A stretch of 64,000 bases of DNA from positions 223,758,001-223,822,000 of the forward strand of contig OZ024742.1 of the NCBI GenBank assembly GCA_964016885.1. Direction: 5' to 3'. This document shows, piece after piece, positions 13,298 through 27,400 of this stretch. This DNA is from Eledone cirrhosa (lineage: Eukaryota). Under the pieces are notes generated by a model, which saw only the letters and a program-made list of their open reading frames with translations, did no database searches and had not been told where the DNA came from. Both the position numbers and the translations under genes were made by a program. The number at the start of each line of letters is the position of its first letter. Within the stretch, counting starts at the first letter, position 1.

Positions 13298-14478
13298 CTA
13301 AAATAATTTGACAGAAATATATAGAAATAGTTTCTTAATTAGATATGTAACTACAGAGAAATACAGCAACAAGCATTTTAAGGCCATCTTCCATGCAGGC
13401 ACCTTGATAAGCTTCTCCATTTTTCTCTCTCCTCTGCATCTCACTGACCCTGATTTTCATTTCACCCAGTCACTTTCATCCTTCCTCAACACATGACCTA
13501 GCTATCTCATTCCATTTTCCTTTTTTAAAAAATTAATCATTGGCTCTATTCCCATCATTCCTCTGCAATGCATTGTTTGTCTACCTGAGCACTACTCCAC
13601 TGATCCACAGCAACATTCTCATTTCCTTTCTTTCCAGCCCTCTCTGCTGTTCCATGTTCATCACCCATGTCTTAATATGAATCATGACGCTTCTCACACA
13701 TGTCAAGGTGCATGGTTTAGTGGTTAGAGTAATAGGCTCATAATAGTAAGGTTGTAAGTTTGACTCCTGGTCTCAGCAGCAGCTTTTCCTTCAGCAAGAC
13801 ATTATTTCCCATTGCCCCAGTCCACTTATATGGAAAAACTGAGTTATGTCACTGGGGTCAAGCTGTGTCAGCCTTTGCCTCTTCCTTGGACGACAGTATT
13901 ATGGCAAGGTGATCCTTGGGTGACTGCTGGTCTTCCACAAAAACACTCTACCCAGGCTTGTGTGATAGAAAGGCAAACTCATGGTAGTCAGTCACGAGTA
14001 CATACTCTGTAGCCAATCATGACTGAAGGGGTTCCTTTCTCTCACATGATGAGCATGAAATCCAATACATAAAGAATATTCCTTTATAAAGCAAAACAAT
14101 GTAAATATAATTAATAATCCTTATTAACTCTTAACATACTTTCTAATGTTGTTGACTTCATACATACATGCATAGATATGCATGTGTACACCACACACAC
14201 ACATACATTATATATATATATATATAAAAAATGCTTAACATCCTGTACCATATGAAGCCACATTAACAAGACATTCTTGAAAAGTACTAAATAGCACTAT
14301 GACTACATCACATTAAAAATTAAAACCTAATACTGCAAATTTTCAAAACAGTCAGTCCACTAGTAAATATACTGTAAACACTTGCATAAACAAACCTGGT
14401 TTTTAAATATTTTCTGCTAAATCATTACTGGATGTTAAGAAGTAAATAGCAAAATAGAAGCCAAAAGTATTAAATTAC

Positions 14479-14550
14479 CTTCTGAGAAGGTGATTTCTTT
14501 TCGGACATGTCTTGCATCCAAAACACTACAATATTTATTATAGAAGGCAT
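14479..14550 (-). CDS. ANKRD11/12: ANKRD11/12-family gene, first coding exon (coding part; whole exon 14479-14631)
   Basis: Acceptor tttttcttttcAG at 14632-14633 and donor AAG|gtaatt at 14477-14478. An in-frame upstream TGA is followed by ATGs at 14550, 14517 and 14508 (MPSIINIVVFWMQDMSEKKSPSQK). Phase 0 joins the next exon. Which ATG is used is uncertain. Confidence 0.65.
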
Positions 14551-14801
14551 GCAGACAGCTTTCAGGTATCTCTGTCAAGTATCCAGAGAATTTCCAAAAG
14601 TATAATAGATAATCAAAGAAATATTTTGCATCTGAAAAGAAAAATGGAAAAATATTTATTACAAAAAATTTTTTTTTAAAGCTATTTGCTACCTTATTCA
14701 AAATCAAAGACATTGGATATGGTTATTATAGTTGGTGTTTGGAACAGGTTCTTACATAAAATTATGATGAAACTTTTTTTAGATAAATATAAACACTTTA
14801 A

Positions 14802-15022
14802 CCCTTTCATTACCATATGCCTAATGAAAGCATTGCCTACAATTTTAAAATCATTTTGAAAATAATCAAGAATTTGGAGTGATTTAGTACTATAACTTTC
14901 TCAATATTAAGAGAATATTTGGAGCGTAAAGTATTTTTACATAAAATAATTATAGGTTTTTAGCTAAATAGCTTAGTAGTGTAGATCCAGAGGCAGTTTT
15001 AGGTGGTTTGGTATCAAAAGGG
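14802..15022. mobile_element. piggyBac-type MITE
   Basis: TTAA|CCCTTTCATTACCA ... TGGTATCAAAAGGG|TTAA (TTAA target duplication and CCC/GGG ends). Confidence 0.8.
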
Positions 15023-16935
15023 TTAAATATATCTAATACACTTTCACTTCTGCACAGAGTAGTTAACTGTTTGAAGTATTATGCATACACTCAGCTGCTA
15101 TGAACGTGAAAAATTTATCACATCACAATATTTTCTAAGTTGAGTTATAGGAGTAGATAGCAACATATAGAAAGGGGGCTAACAGTACTGAAGTGTTGTA
15201 TTGGATCTCAATTGGTTCCAACAGCAAATGTTCCAGTCTTGTAAAATTAACATGCAAGTTGCTGACAATTCTATAGACACATTTACCCTTAACGTATTTC
15301 TCAGGGAGATTCAGAATAATAATAATAATAATAATGAAATATTGTGTACAGTGCTCAGGTGCACTACAACTCATCAAAAAGTGTATGTATAGTACATAGG
15401 GTAATGTACAAACGTCAGGAAAATGAACAGTTCATGAGTCATGATATACACATGTGTCCATGTGTATGGAAATGACAGTGTATTACAAGGATGGCTCTTT
15501 GAATTACAGGTACAGTCCATCTTGTATTATAGTGTAAGTGGTTGAGTATTTCACAGAAGTATACCCTTAACATAGTTCTCAGAGGGATTCAGCATGACAC
15601 ACAGTGACAAGGCTGGCCCTTTGAATTACAGGTACAACTAATGTTTTCCAGCTGAGTGGACTGGATTAATATAAAATAAAAGTGTCTTGCTCAGTAATAC
15701 AATGTGCTACCTTGTCCAACACCCTAACCACTGAGACGCATGCCCCCATAACAATACTGAAGTGGTGTAAATATAAGAGCATCAACATTTAACTTCGAAA
15801 TTCACCATTCAAAACAAAAGCATCTTAGTTCCAGACAACATCAAAATTATAACATTTACTCTACAAAAATACTATAACAATTTTAAACCTAGAAGATGAT
15901 GGTTTTTAATTTAGACACAAGGGCAGCAATTTAGTTGGGGCGGGTAACTGTTGATTAAACCAACCTCAGTAATTTGGTAATTTTTTTAAACCCTGAATGA
16001 AAGGCAAAATTGACTTCGGCAGGATTTGAACAAATACCGTGAAGTGTTCTAACAATTCGGTCAATCAAAATAATATGATTTATAACAGTAAATATTACTG
16101 ATATTTATGAACAGTATTAATTAATTCTTTAAATACCAACATAGCCAAAACTGGTTCTAGTTCTACGAAACAAAACCACATATTTAAATTAAATTCTTTC
16201 AACATAATTTTATATAAAAACTACATGTTAAATTACGATCTTAGTAAATTGAAATAATTTTAGTAAATTTCTCCAAATGTTTCATTAAATAATTAGTCAC
16301 GATACAAACAACAATGAAAAAAATGAAAGAGGGAAAGGCAAGAGAGAGAAAAGGAAAAGGAAAAGAGCAAACTAAAAATAGACCAAATAATGGGAAGGGG
16401 GAGATAATCATATCACAGCTTATATAAGAACAGACCAGGTCATTTTCCACTCCTTGCGAACGTAGGTTTTCTTAATTCCTCTCCCAATTTTGAATTGCCA
16501 TCAACTAATTTTTTCACCATCATATTTTCCCGGAGTTAATCGTTAAAAAGATTTATTAAAACAAATTAGTTCATTTTTGTGTGTGTGTGTGAACAGTTAA
16601 TTTGTGATCTCTCTTATAGCTGGATATACTGATCTTTCATTTAATACATAAATACAATGTATACTATTCTTTCCCAGTTTGGATTCCAACTTTGTCATTT
16701 CACATTCACCTTCTGGAAGCCAAGTGATTCTCATTTGAGATTCAATGCTTGAATAGATACAATAAATAATAAAAAAACAGTGACTAGATACATTACTAAT
16801 GTAGGAGTATTCGGTTTAAGTGTTATATAATACACTATAGAATAAGTGTATAGATTTTAGCTGTCATTGCATGTATAAACTAATATAATTGGATACATTC
16901 ATTGGTGAATAATCATAAAGGCTGTGTTTATTTAA

Positions 16936-17290
16936 CCTCTTTGTTATGTTTCTCATGAAAGACACTATTTAGGTTTTTTTAATAATTTTGAAAATAATCA
17001 TGAATTTGGAAGGATTTAGCAATATAACTAACTTATTAAGCTGTTGCTTGTAACATAACTTAAGAAAAGTTCTTTTCTAAAATTATGAAGGGTTTTAACA
17101 CTTTAAAACAAACAATTTGTTATTGTAGAACCAGGGATGATTTCAGGAAACTTGGTATCAAAAGGGTTAAACTAATGTTTGGAAAATAAAGAATTATGAT
17201 GAAAGGTGTTTAGATAAATATGAACACTTTAAAATAAAGTTTTATAATATACAACAAGGAAGAGTTTCAGGTGGTTTGGAATCAAAAGGG
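16936..17290. mobile_element. piggyBac-type MITE plus partial tandem copy
   Basis: TTAA|CCTCTTTG... ending GGTATCAAAAGGG|TTAA at 17166, with a second right end at about 17290. Further copies near 5805, 18188 and 22160. Confidence 0.7.
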
Positions 17291-19164
17291 TTAAACAATT
17301 TCACTGTAGCCAGAAGAATCAGAAACGTTATTAGTCTCCTCAGCCACCATTTACTCTACCCTTCACTGATCACTGTGAAATTGTAATTGAAGCCACTATC
17401 ATTAAATCATGTACACCGATTTAAAAATTTGACACATTCTTGGTAGTTAGTTCATCACCATAATCATCATCATTTGACATCCATTCTCCTAGCTAGCTAC
17501 AGCTGGAAAGACTATCACAGACCAAATCGATACTAAGTTGGAGCATCAGATGGACTAGGGGCCACATTTTGCTTCTTAACATTCCTGCACTCTCTAGAGT
17601 GATATGAATGCATTTTATGTCACCAGCACTAGAAAAGTTGTCACATCTCTGACACAACTGAAGAGTCCTTTTGAACCTTTGTTTGGTATGGTTTATATGA
17701 TTAAATAAATCACTGATGTGTTAACAGCATTAGTTTGTAGATGCTGTATTATTCACTATAGATTTTAACTGTCACTGTATGTGTAAATTAATTAAAATTA
17801 ATTAGATACATTAGTTAAGTCTGTCCCAAGCAAAGAGGTTCATCAGGTCAGAGTTTATCCTGGTTTTACTGGCATTATAAGCAACAGAGTACAAGACTCC
17901 TCCCTAGACAGAACACCAGTCAATCACAGGGTTAACACTCAACAGCTACTGGAACTCATTTTTTCAACTGAGTTGCCTGGAGCAATGTGAAAGAAGACAA
18001 TACACAGCCTTGTCAGGAAATTGAAACTATGACCATAAGATACATAGTGGTATTAAGCAGGGAAATGAATTACGTCTACTGTCCAAGAGCATGCAAAGAG
18101 CTAAAACAGATACAGCAAGGTATCTAAATCGACACTAAATATTCTACCAATTCACCACCAAGGACTGGTACTTTAGAATTGATTTAACCCTTTCATTACC
18201 ATATTTCTAATGAAAGAAACTACCTATAATTTTCATATAATGTTGAAAATAATCAAGAATTTGGAGGGATTTAGTAACATAACTAATTTGTTATTAAGAC
18301 TGTGTTTGGAACATAACTTGAAAGCTATGACACAAAATTATGATGGAAGTTTTATTTTCTAAACACATTAACCCTTTCATTACCATTACCTTTAATTTTC
18401 AAATAATGTTGAAAATAAAAGAATGTAGAGATTTTGTCATTTGTCATTTGATTTTGTCATTTTGTCAGAGAACCAAGAGTGGTTTCAGGTAGTTTGGTAT
18501 CACAATTTTAGATTTACTGATTCGTGAGGACCCTGAAAATCTCCCAATGTTAGGTTACATGAAATGAGAAAGAAAATAAAGAATGAAATTTATATCTCAC
18601 ATCTATGCAAGTTTAACTAAACCGCCCACACACACACCTCCACCCAAAGTCACATCTCTTAGGCTTCTTGGGTGTAAGGGCTCCAGCCATATCATGAAAA
18701 TCAACATGAAATGATGTTTCCTACTCAAGAATATGACAAGCCATCCAGTTCAGGAAACAAAACCACAACCCTGTGATCATGAGTCCAACTCCCTATCCAC
18801 TCGGCCATGTATGTTCATGTTAGTTTCCATGAAACCAACTTTAGTTAAATGTACATTGTGTGTGGTTGTTTTATTATGAAAAACAAAAAAGAAATTGAGA
18901 ACAAGCTAGAAATGTGTCATCTTATCAACATACCAGTCGATAAAACAAGACACAATGGCCAACCTTATCAGGTGCTTTGAAGTTACTGGTTCTTCTGAAG
19001 ATTTAGAAAGACATGGAAGACCCAGATCCATCTGCAGCAAAGAAAAATATATTGTTGAAGCTAACTGCTACAAACATCCATCAGATAAACTAAACAACAA
19101 CAACAACACAAATCACCAGACATTACAAGAATTATAAATGTTAAAATTCATGTTTAGTTTATAT

Positions 19165-19710
19165 GATGCCAGGACAAAATGCACCCAATCCATACTGTAA
19201 AGTGGTAGTGCTGGTGACAATAAAATGCACCCAGTATATTATGTAAAGTAGTAGTGTTGGTGGCACAATAAAATGTACCCAGCCTATGCTGTAAAGTGGT
19301 AATGTTGGTGTCATGATAAAATGCACCAAGTACACTATATAAAGTGGTAGTGCTGGTGTCAATAAAATGTTGTAAAGTGATAGTGTTTGTGCTATGATAA
19401 AATGTACCCAGTACACTGTATAGTCATGCTGATGCAATGATAAATGTACCTAGTACATGCTGTAAAGTGATAGAGTTTGTGCCATGATAAACTGTACCCA
19501 GTACACTCTGTAAAGTTGTTGTGTTGGTGCTATGCTAAAATATACCCAGTACACACAAAGTGGTTGGCGTTAGGGAAGGCATCTAGCTGTAGAACCCATA
19601 CTAAATTGAAACATAAGCAGAATGTAGTCATTTGACCTAACCAATCTCAGAACATAACAATTTGCCCAACCCATGCCAGCACAGAACATGGACATAAAAT
19701 GATGATAAAG
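19165..19710 (+). repeat. Expanded ~39-bp tandem array of the RTE 3' UTR
   Basis: About ten units of ataaaatgcacccagtacactgtaaagtggtagtgctggtg, ending in tggttggcgttagggaaggcatc and a (TGA)n tail. Confidence 0.75.
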
Positions 19711-19739
19711 CAGTGTGAGATATGTGGTTATGATCGTTA

Positions 19740-20110
19740 TATGAAAACTGGAACAATGCAGCAACTTAGAAATAACAGTGTGGAAGATATCACCCACATC
19801 ATCATCAGCTGCCCAATATTGTCTGCAAGGTACTACCTCCCCATGAGCCATTACATAGCTGCTAAAATTATTTACAATGCTATCTGTAGGACAGATTAAC
19901 CTGAACATTACATCAAAGATGACAAACCAGAACCAGAATAAATTTACATATTTAAAAATATGGACACTGGCGGAACATCCCAATAATAACAGCAACCCAT
20001 TGCAAATACAAAAGACCAGACAGTTTTATGGGTATGGGTCAGGAAAGAGAAATGATTCACTGATGTAGAGGCCAGCTGCCCAGTAGATATAAATGTATCA
20101 TCTAAGGTTG
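19740..20110 (+). mobile_element. R4/Dong-like RLE-LINE remnant
   Basis: EDITHIIISCPILSARYYLPMSHYIAAKIIY (CCHC knuckle region), then KRPD and VEASCPVDINVSSK (restriction-like endonuclease motif). Confidence 0.65.
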
Positions 20111-20680
20111 ATACATCTATACCGAACTACACATTATCATTATTATTAGGGCAGTAAATTGGCAGTATCAGTAGATTGCTGGACACCATGCTTTGCAGCA
20201 TAGAGTTAGGGCCCTTTACGGTCTGAGTTCAAATCCCGCTGAGGTTAAGCTCTGCCTTTCATCCTTACGGGATTGATAAAATAAAGCACCAAATTGTTGG
20301 CCTTGAGCCAAATCAGAAATCATTATTATCGTTTTTACATCTGCTGGCATGGGTTGAGTGAGACAATAGGAAATATGATTTGCATGGGACATAAACAAAT
20401 AGCTCAGGATGTTTTTAAGTGTCAATGTGAAGACATGCAGAAACAAATAGACATACAAACATATGTGACAGACTTCCACTGTTTATGAATAACAAATTTC
20501 ACACACAAAGTATTAGTCAACTAGAGGCTATAGAAGGCTATAGGTATGTATGTATATATGTGTATGTGTGTATATACATATATACACACACACACACTTT
20601 ATAAATAGAGATATCCACATAGTTTTGACTAAACAAGATAAGAAGTTCAAGATGTGTTGTTACAATTATCAAAAAATATT

Positions 20681-20740
<60 letters not shown>

Positions 20741-20939
20741 AGGACGTTAAACGAAGATGATGATGATGATATATATATATAGTGTAGTTGAATTTCATAA
20801 TGAATATCCATATAGGTAGAGCAATCAATCCTGAGGGCGAGTTGTGAAATACGTGTATTTGGATAATGTATTGTTGATGTAATAGATTTTATATATATAA
20901 ATATATGTGTATGTATGTGTGTATATATATATAATATAA

Positions 20940-21200
20940 ACGCGCATGGATTAGTGGTTAGAGTGTTGGGTTTGCAATCGTGAGGTTATGAGTGAATCCC
21001 GAACCCAGTGATATGTTGTATCCTTGAGCAAGATACTTTATTTCACATTGCTCCAGTTTTCTCAGCTGTCGAAATGAGTTGCGACATCGCTGGTGCCAAG
21101 CTGTATTGGCCTTTGTCTTTCCCTTGGACAACATCGGTGCCGTGGAGAAGGGAGAGTAGTATGCATGGGCGACTGCTGGTCTTCCACAAATAACCTTGAT
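20940..21200 (+). repeat. tRNA-derived SINE family A (CORE/V/Meta-like central domain)
   Basis: Head gcatggattagtggttagag (A-box), then ccttgagcaagatactttatttcacattgctccag. Copies near 12400-12655(-), 13705-14035(+), 24505-24650(-), 51109-51250(+), 54288-54420(+) and 57565-57712(-). Confidence 0.8.
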
Positions 21201-21206
21201 GATGAT

Positions 21207-21245
<39 letters not shown>

Positions 21246-23339
21246 CGTGAAATGACATGCTTAGCGTGAGAGACTATTCAATGAATTATAACAACTACTA
21301 TCACTAACATTAATGCTACAACTATCAACCTTGTCAAATAACTGGTTATTCTTCTGATGGCATTCATTGTATACAAGAATGTTGTAATATTCAGTAAAAC
21401 TTGAATTTACCATACAGAGGATCGCTACAAACATGGACATTATCAACAACATCAGTAAAGAAAACTAGCTGCACTTAATAGTTTCAGTCATTTTATAGGG
21501 AAGGGGAGGTTGTTTATATCAATCCACAGTACTTAACTGGTACTCTCAGAAATATATTCTTAACATGATGTACTAGATGAAACCATATTAGCAAGACATT
21601 CTTAAAAGTACAAAACAGCACTATGACAACATCACATTAAAAATTGAAGTCTAGTCTAATATTGCAAATTTTCACAAACCCGTTTATAGATATTTTATGC
21701 AAAATCGTTACAGAATGTTAAGAGTTAATATGGAATAAAAGGTGTTTAAGTTGCAGTATAAATAATATTGTAACAGGTCAATTAAACTGACACCAGTACT
21801 TTATCGATCCAGGAAGGAAGGAATGCAAAGCTGACCTCTGCATGATTTGAACATAAAGAGCTGGAAGAAACACTACAAAACATTTTATATGACATCCTAA
21901 GGATTCTACCAGAACTGTACTTAGTAATAGAAATGAAAATTTAAAGTACATTTTCTTGATGCTATGAACTCAATTACTTATGCAATTGTTATAAAATGGC
22001 CAATAAAAAAAAATCTTTCTACAAGCATTTAAATAAAGGTTAGCTAGGAAGGGGGTGACATGCTTTATACTCATCATAGGGCCCTTTCTGAGGCAATGTT
22101 TTATGGTCAGATGCCTTTCTTGGCACAAATCCTTTTAGTCAATTCTAACGATATGCTCTAACTCTTTTGTTACCATATTTCTAATGTTAAAAGTGCATGG
22201 CTTAGTGGTTAGAGTGTCAGACACATAATCACACAAGTTTGTGAATTCAATTCAAGGACCAGGCAACACATTGTGTTCTTGAGCAAGTTGCTTTATTTTA
22301 CATTGCTTTTCATCTTTATAACACTTAAGAAACCCTTTATAGGGAGCAAAATCAGAACTATAAACTGCCTATGATTTTCAAATAATTTAGAAAATAATCA
22401 GGAATCTAGAGGCATTTTGTAATACATCTAACTTTCTTACAATTGTGTTGGTGTTTGGGACAATTTTTACATAAAACTATGATGGAAAGTTTTTAGATAA
22501 TGCTGGTGCCATGATGAAAAGTACATAGTACACAGTGTAAGATGGTATTCACAATAAAATGCTCACAGTACATGCTGTAAAGTGGTTGATGTTAGGAAGT
22601 GCATCCAATTGTAGAAACCAGGCTAAAAATGGAGCATATGGACTAGATACAGCCACCAAATCAGTTTAGCCTGTCCAACATATGCAAACAGTGAAAATAG
22701 ACATTAAATGATGATGATGAAGATGTTAGACACTTTAAAAATAATTTTGTATCATAGTATCAGGTGTGGTTCCAGACAGTTCAGTAACAAAAAAATTAAA
22801 CTGGATCCACACATACCTCTATTGGGTATCAATTATACTTGGGCAAGTTTCACCCTAAGCTAAAGTATTGCACAGCAAAACAAATGTGTCATCAAACATT
22901 TGTTGAATGTAAGTTAATGATTGCAATTTTATTTGCACGAGAACAGCACACAAATAACATTAAATGGACATATTCCTAGAACACACACGCCGTGAGTAAC
23001 AACGGACTGCTACTATGTAAGGCTGAACATTGGCATTGAGTTATCAATGACCAGAGCAACAGCCACAATAATAAGTGTATTATGAACCAGAAGAGTGAAA
23101 AATATAAGCAAATGTAATGTATCCTTAATTAAATGTTTCAAGAATTAATTATGTTTGTAAAACTATTGCTACAAGACCATATTTGAGTAGTATTGATAAG
23201 TGAATCACTGAGTTGATGTTGACAGTTATCAATGATATAGGGAGAGGGATGAATATTTAAATGAAACAAATAAAATTTACAGATCACACCTATGCAGGTT
23301 TATCTGGTCCCCTATATGGAAGTTTCTTATGTGTTTTAA

Positions 23340-23549
23340 CCCTTTAGCATTTACATTACTCTCTATATATACTATTATATTTTCATGGTAAAGATTTTAT
23401 CACATATAATATCAAATCTATGAGATTTTGATATTATTTATTTTGAGAACAATACCTTAACATCAGCATGAGTGGCCGATTACAGCTGGTTTGAACAGAA
23501 AAAGATGAGAGAATTCTGGCCGGATACAGCCGGTTTAAATGCTAAAGGG
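23340..23549. mobile_element. piggyBac-type MITE, second family
   Basis: TTAA|CCCTTTAGCATTTA ... TAAATGCTAAAGGG|TTAA, perfect 14-bp TIR. Confidence 0.85.
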
Positions 23550-25418
23550 TTAATAAGGGTCCCAGCCCTCTCATAGAAAGCAATGAGATACAACGTGTCT
23601 TGCATAAGAACACAAACATGCCATGTGATCTTGGAAATGAACACAGCAATATGATCATGAATCTAACATTAACCAGTAGGTCCTGTACCTTCAATTATTT
23701 AAAATAGAGTAATGAACTGTCATTTTGGTAAATAAACCTGGGAAGCGTTGTAGTCTAACTGCAATGGAACATCAATAACATAGATACCCAAGGATATATA
23801 AGGAAGAAAGTGTACAGCTTGACTGCAGCAGAACATCAGTAACATAGATACCCTTGGAAGAGCACATTTTGACTACAACAGGACATAAGATAAAAGGCAG
23901 CAGCTCGTCCATGACGACAACAACATAAATAAACAGTAATTTATTTTGTACCATAAATTGGTATAATAGAACTGAAGGGTAGGGTTTAGCAATCCAAGAA
24001 CAGGAAATAACAACATACATCCCTAACCCATAAAAAGGATAAAAATTTAGGTTAAACACCCAGATGTGACAAATGATGCAAACTGGAATTTACATCAAAG
24101 ATGTGACCCACGGATATCCAAAAATGTAACCCTGATACTATTTACTATATTATCAAGTGTGGTGAAGTAGTTAAAACATAATGTAACCTTGATACTATCT
24201 ACCTATGTGGCAGAACATAATAGTCAAAACATTATACAATGTAACCCTGATACTATTTACCTGAGGCATGGTCATCATCATAGTTTAACATCTATTTTCC
24301 ATGCAGTCATCATCATCATCATTTCATTTAACGTCCACTTTTCCCTGCTTGCAAGGGTGGGACGGGAACTGATTCTGGCTTGATTTCTACAGCTGGATGC
24401 CCTTCCTAACACCAACCTCATTTACAGTGAGTGCTGGGTGCTTTTTGCCGTGGCAACTACACGTCCACTTTGCAGTGGAATGATAGGGACCCCAGTCCCT
24501 ATCATCTCATTTCTACAGCTGAATAAACTGGAGCAATGTGAAATAAAGTGTCTTGCTCAAGGAAACAACACATCACCCGGTCTGAGAATTGAACTTACAA
24601 CCTTTCGATTGCAAGGCCAATGTTCTAACCACTAAGCCATGTGCCTCCATTCATGGGTTAGACATTTGTAACATGCTGAGGCTAGACTGGTCAGGTGACT
24701 AGATCCTGCTAGTATGCTTTGTTTTGTTTTGGTTTCTATGGATGGATGCCCCCCACCCACCCACCCTCCAACACCAACTACTTTACAATGTGTACCAGAA
24801 ATATTTTATTGCAACTACAGTACTACCACCTTACAGAGTGGACTTGGTGCTTTTCATCATGGCACCAGCACTACCACTTTACAGGTACTATGTGTTAACA
24901 CCTTATACAATGTAATCCACAGAAACGATAGTTTTGAAGAGCAAAATATAGGAGGGTACTGTGATATGGAGGGCATTAAAATAGAGAGTTAAAAACTGTC
25001 CCAAAGCCAGAAGCTCACCACACCAAAGCTTATTCCGGTTTCATTGGTGTTAAGCATCAGAGTACAAGATGCTAGTTCATTGCATGGGTAACTCCTAGCC
25101 GGTGGTGCTGCTGGTACTCGTTTTCACCCGAGTGAACTGGAGCAATGCAAAAAAAAGAGTTTTGCTCAAGAATACAATGTGCCACTCAGTCCGAGAATTG
25201 AACACTCAATTTTATGAGTGTGAGCCCAGCATCCTAACCACCAGATAATGCACCTTCACTGATGTGAAGGGCATACACACTCACAATATGAAAGAATACT
25301 GGTGGAAAGTTCTTGTCAAAAAATATAGGCAACATATAAGGACCTGCGACAGAGAATAAAATTGTGCAATGTAATGGAAATGAGTTGCCCAGCAGATGTT
25401 AACACAACATTAAAGATA

Positions 25419-26031
25419 TAAAGTTGTAGTTCCTGTCTGTTTGTTTGTTCACAAACTCCTCCTATGGTTTTGGAGATAGACCCCCCCCCCCCCCCATAAC
25501 CATATATATTCTGAAACTACATTACCCAGGGTACTTGGATAAGTATATTTCATAAACCCCCGATGAAAAAAATTTTCCCTTCGATTTATATGAAATTTAA
25601 ACCATACATAAATGACAAGATATGATGCCTATTCACAACATTTCAGCAAATTTCAATAATATTAAGACACCCTAATGGGGGTTAAACCCCCTATAGTGAA
25701 AATTTTGGAAGCCCATAACTTGAATATTGGAACTTTGAATTTCTAAATTGAAAATAATGCTTTACACAAAAATGAAATAATCAAGGTTTGAATTGATATT
25801 TTGAAAAAAATTATTTACAAGAAACAAAATAAGAATAAGATTTAATAATGTAATTTTGATTTGATATATTACAAAAAATATTGTTTTCCAATTTTTCATG
25901 CATTACATTTTACATTGAGTAATATTGAAATGCAGAGTTTTTCTCTATAAACTATATCACTGATTTAAAATCAATCATTTTCTTACAAAAAAAATGTGTG
26001 AAACACAGTAACGCGCAGGTAATTCAGCTAG
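25419..26031 (+). mobile_element. Non-autonomous Helitron-like element inserted in an R4/Dong-like remnant
   Basis: 5' taaag...gtctgtttgtttgtt and 3' aacgcgcaggtaattcagCTAG|T. The flanks read MEMSCPADVNTTLK (left) and DYNFRFISVVIG (right), i.e. one interrupted RLE domain. Confidence 0.6.
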
Positions 26032-26849
26032 TTAAAGATAAAAGTAAAACAAAACTACACCTCTATGCTGAACTAATGATACTCCACTCAGACTATAACT
26101 TTAGATTTATATCTGTAGTTATTGGAACATTCAGATATTTAGCACCAATGTTGCAGGTATGGGCTTCATAAAACCAGAAAGAGCCCAGCTAATCAAAGAA
26201 TTATAATTAGAACTGTGAAAATATGTAAAACATTCCAGAAGGTTAGCCTATTGTAAGTACATATTAACATATCAGCAATAAACATATAAAAATGTACATA
26301 TACATAAGTCATCCAAATGTGCCTAAATACATATATGTGTTCATATATACATAACCACCTAGTTGTAGTCTAAATTCCAATGAAAGAGTCCTGTTTAACA
26401 ACAAGTATCTGAAGTCCATTTTGCCTGCTAAAGCAAGGGTTAGATTGTGAGTCATATGACAATGGTTACCATTTTGCTCTATTGTCTGAATTACCTCTAA
26501 TCAACTTCACTTTCATTTCTTCCATTATGTTTAGCCATGTCTTTCTTGGTCTTTCTCTTCTATTTCTTACCACATTCATTTTCATCACTCCTTATGCCTA
26601 TTTATTTTCATCCTTCCTCAACACATAACCCAACCATCTCAAATTTATTTCCCAACATGATACCTTTGCAAGGATGCATTTCTTTGAAGAGAGAACCCCA
26701 ACAAGTTTGTGATAGTAGGTGTGGAGGGGGACTTCTTATTACGAAGTCGGCAGATGGTCTGCCAGAATACTTTATTTGCCAATCTAGTTGTATTCCAAAT
26801 TAACCCCAAAGTCCTCCCATATCTTAACTGCAAAGACAGACACAAGTTT

Positions 26850-27400
26850 TCTTGATAGTATCTCAGGGCTGTTTTCACGAGATGAAAGGCAGGAGGCTGA
26901 ATTAAAATCAAGAATTGCAGGAGCTGGGGCAATAATGTACCAGCTTCAGCATTTTATCCTCAGAAGAAAGGCAGGAGGTATAAGAGCCAAGCTTGCTACC
27001 TTCAATGTGGTATTTGTGCCAACCCTTACCTATGGTCATAAATCTAGGGTAATGACTGAAAAGATACAATTGTGAATACAAGCAGCCAAATTGGGGTTCA
27101 TGCGAAGGGTCTTTGGAATAACATTACTAAAGAGAGTGCATAGCTCAGAGAGTTGACTTCTCTGAATTGAGAGATCACAGCTCTCATATTACGGACTTGG
27201 TTAGAATATCTTAGGAAAGAATTGCTGGACAGATTTTATGAGCAAAACCAAGGGTCAACCCCAAGCAAAATGGTTGGATAACATCCTTGAGCTCGGCTGG
27301 TCTGACTTGGGGATCCATCTGGACCAATTAGAGACAGTCGCTTGTGACAGGACCTGCTAGAAGGCATGCTTGAGGATTCTGCCCCAAAGACCCTACCAGG
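26850..27400 (+). mobile_element. RTE-clade LINE 3' fragment (second RTE family)
   Basis: EAELKSRIAGAGAIMYQL...FVPTLTYGHKSRVMTEKIQ thumb region; a related copy lies at 40432-41015(-). Confidence 0.75.

Noticed and set aside
19165-19580. CRISPR-like regular ~39-bp repeats (also 140-500, 53340-53440, 62230-62360)
   Set aside because: Contiguous tandem units without unique spacers, part of the RTE 3' UTR; eukaryotic context with no cas genes.
20825-20870. CTGAGGG...GAAATACGTGTAT possible hammerhead
   Set aside because: A9 is mutated and stems I and II do not pair convincingly; at most a decayed relic.
15030-24100. Additional upstream exons of the ankyrin gene
   Set aside because: No candidate with convincing splice signals could be tied to the gene from sequence alone.
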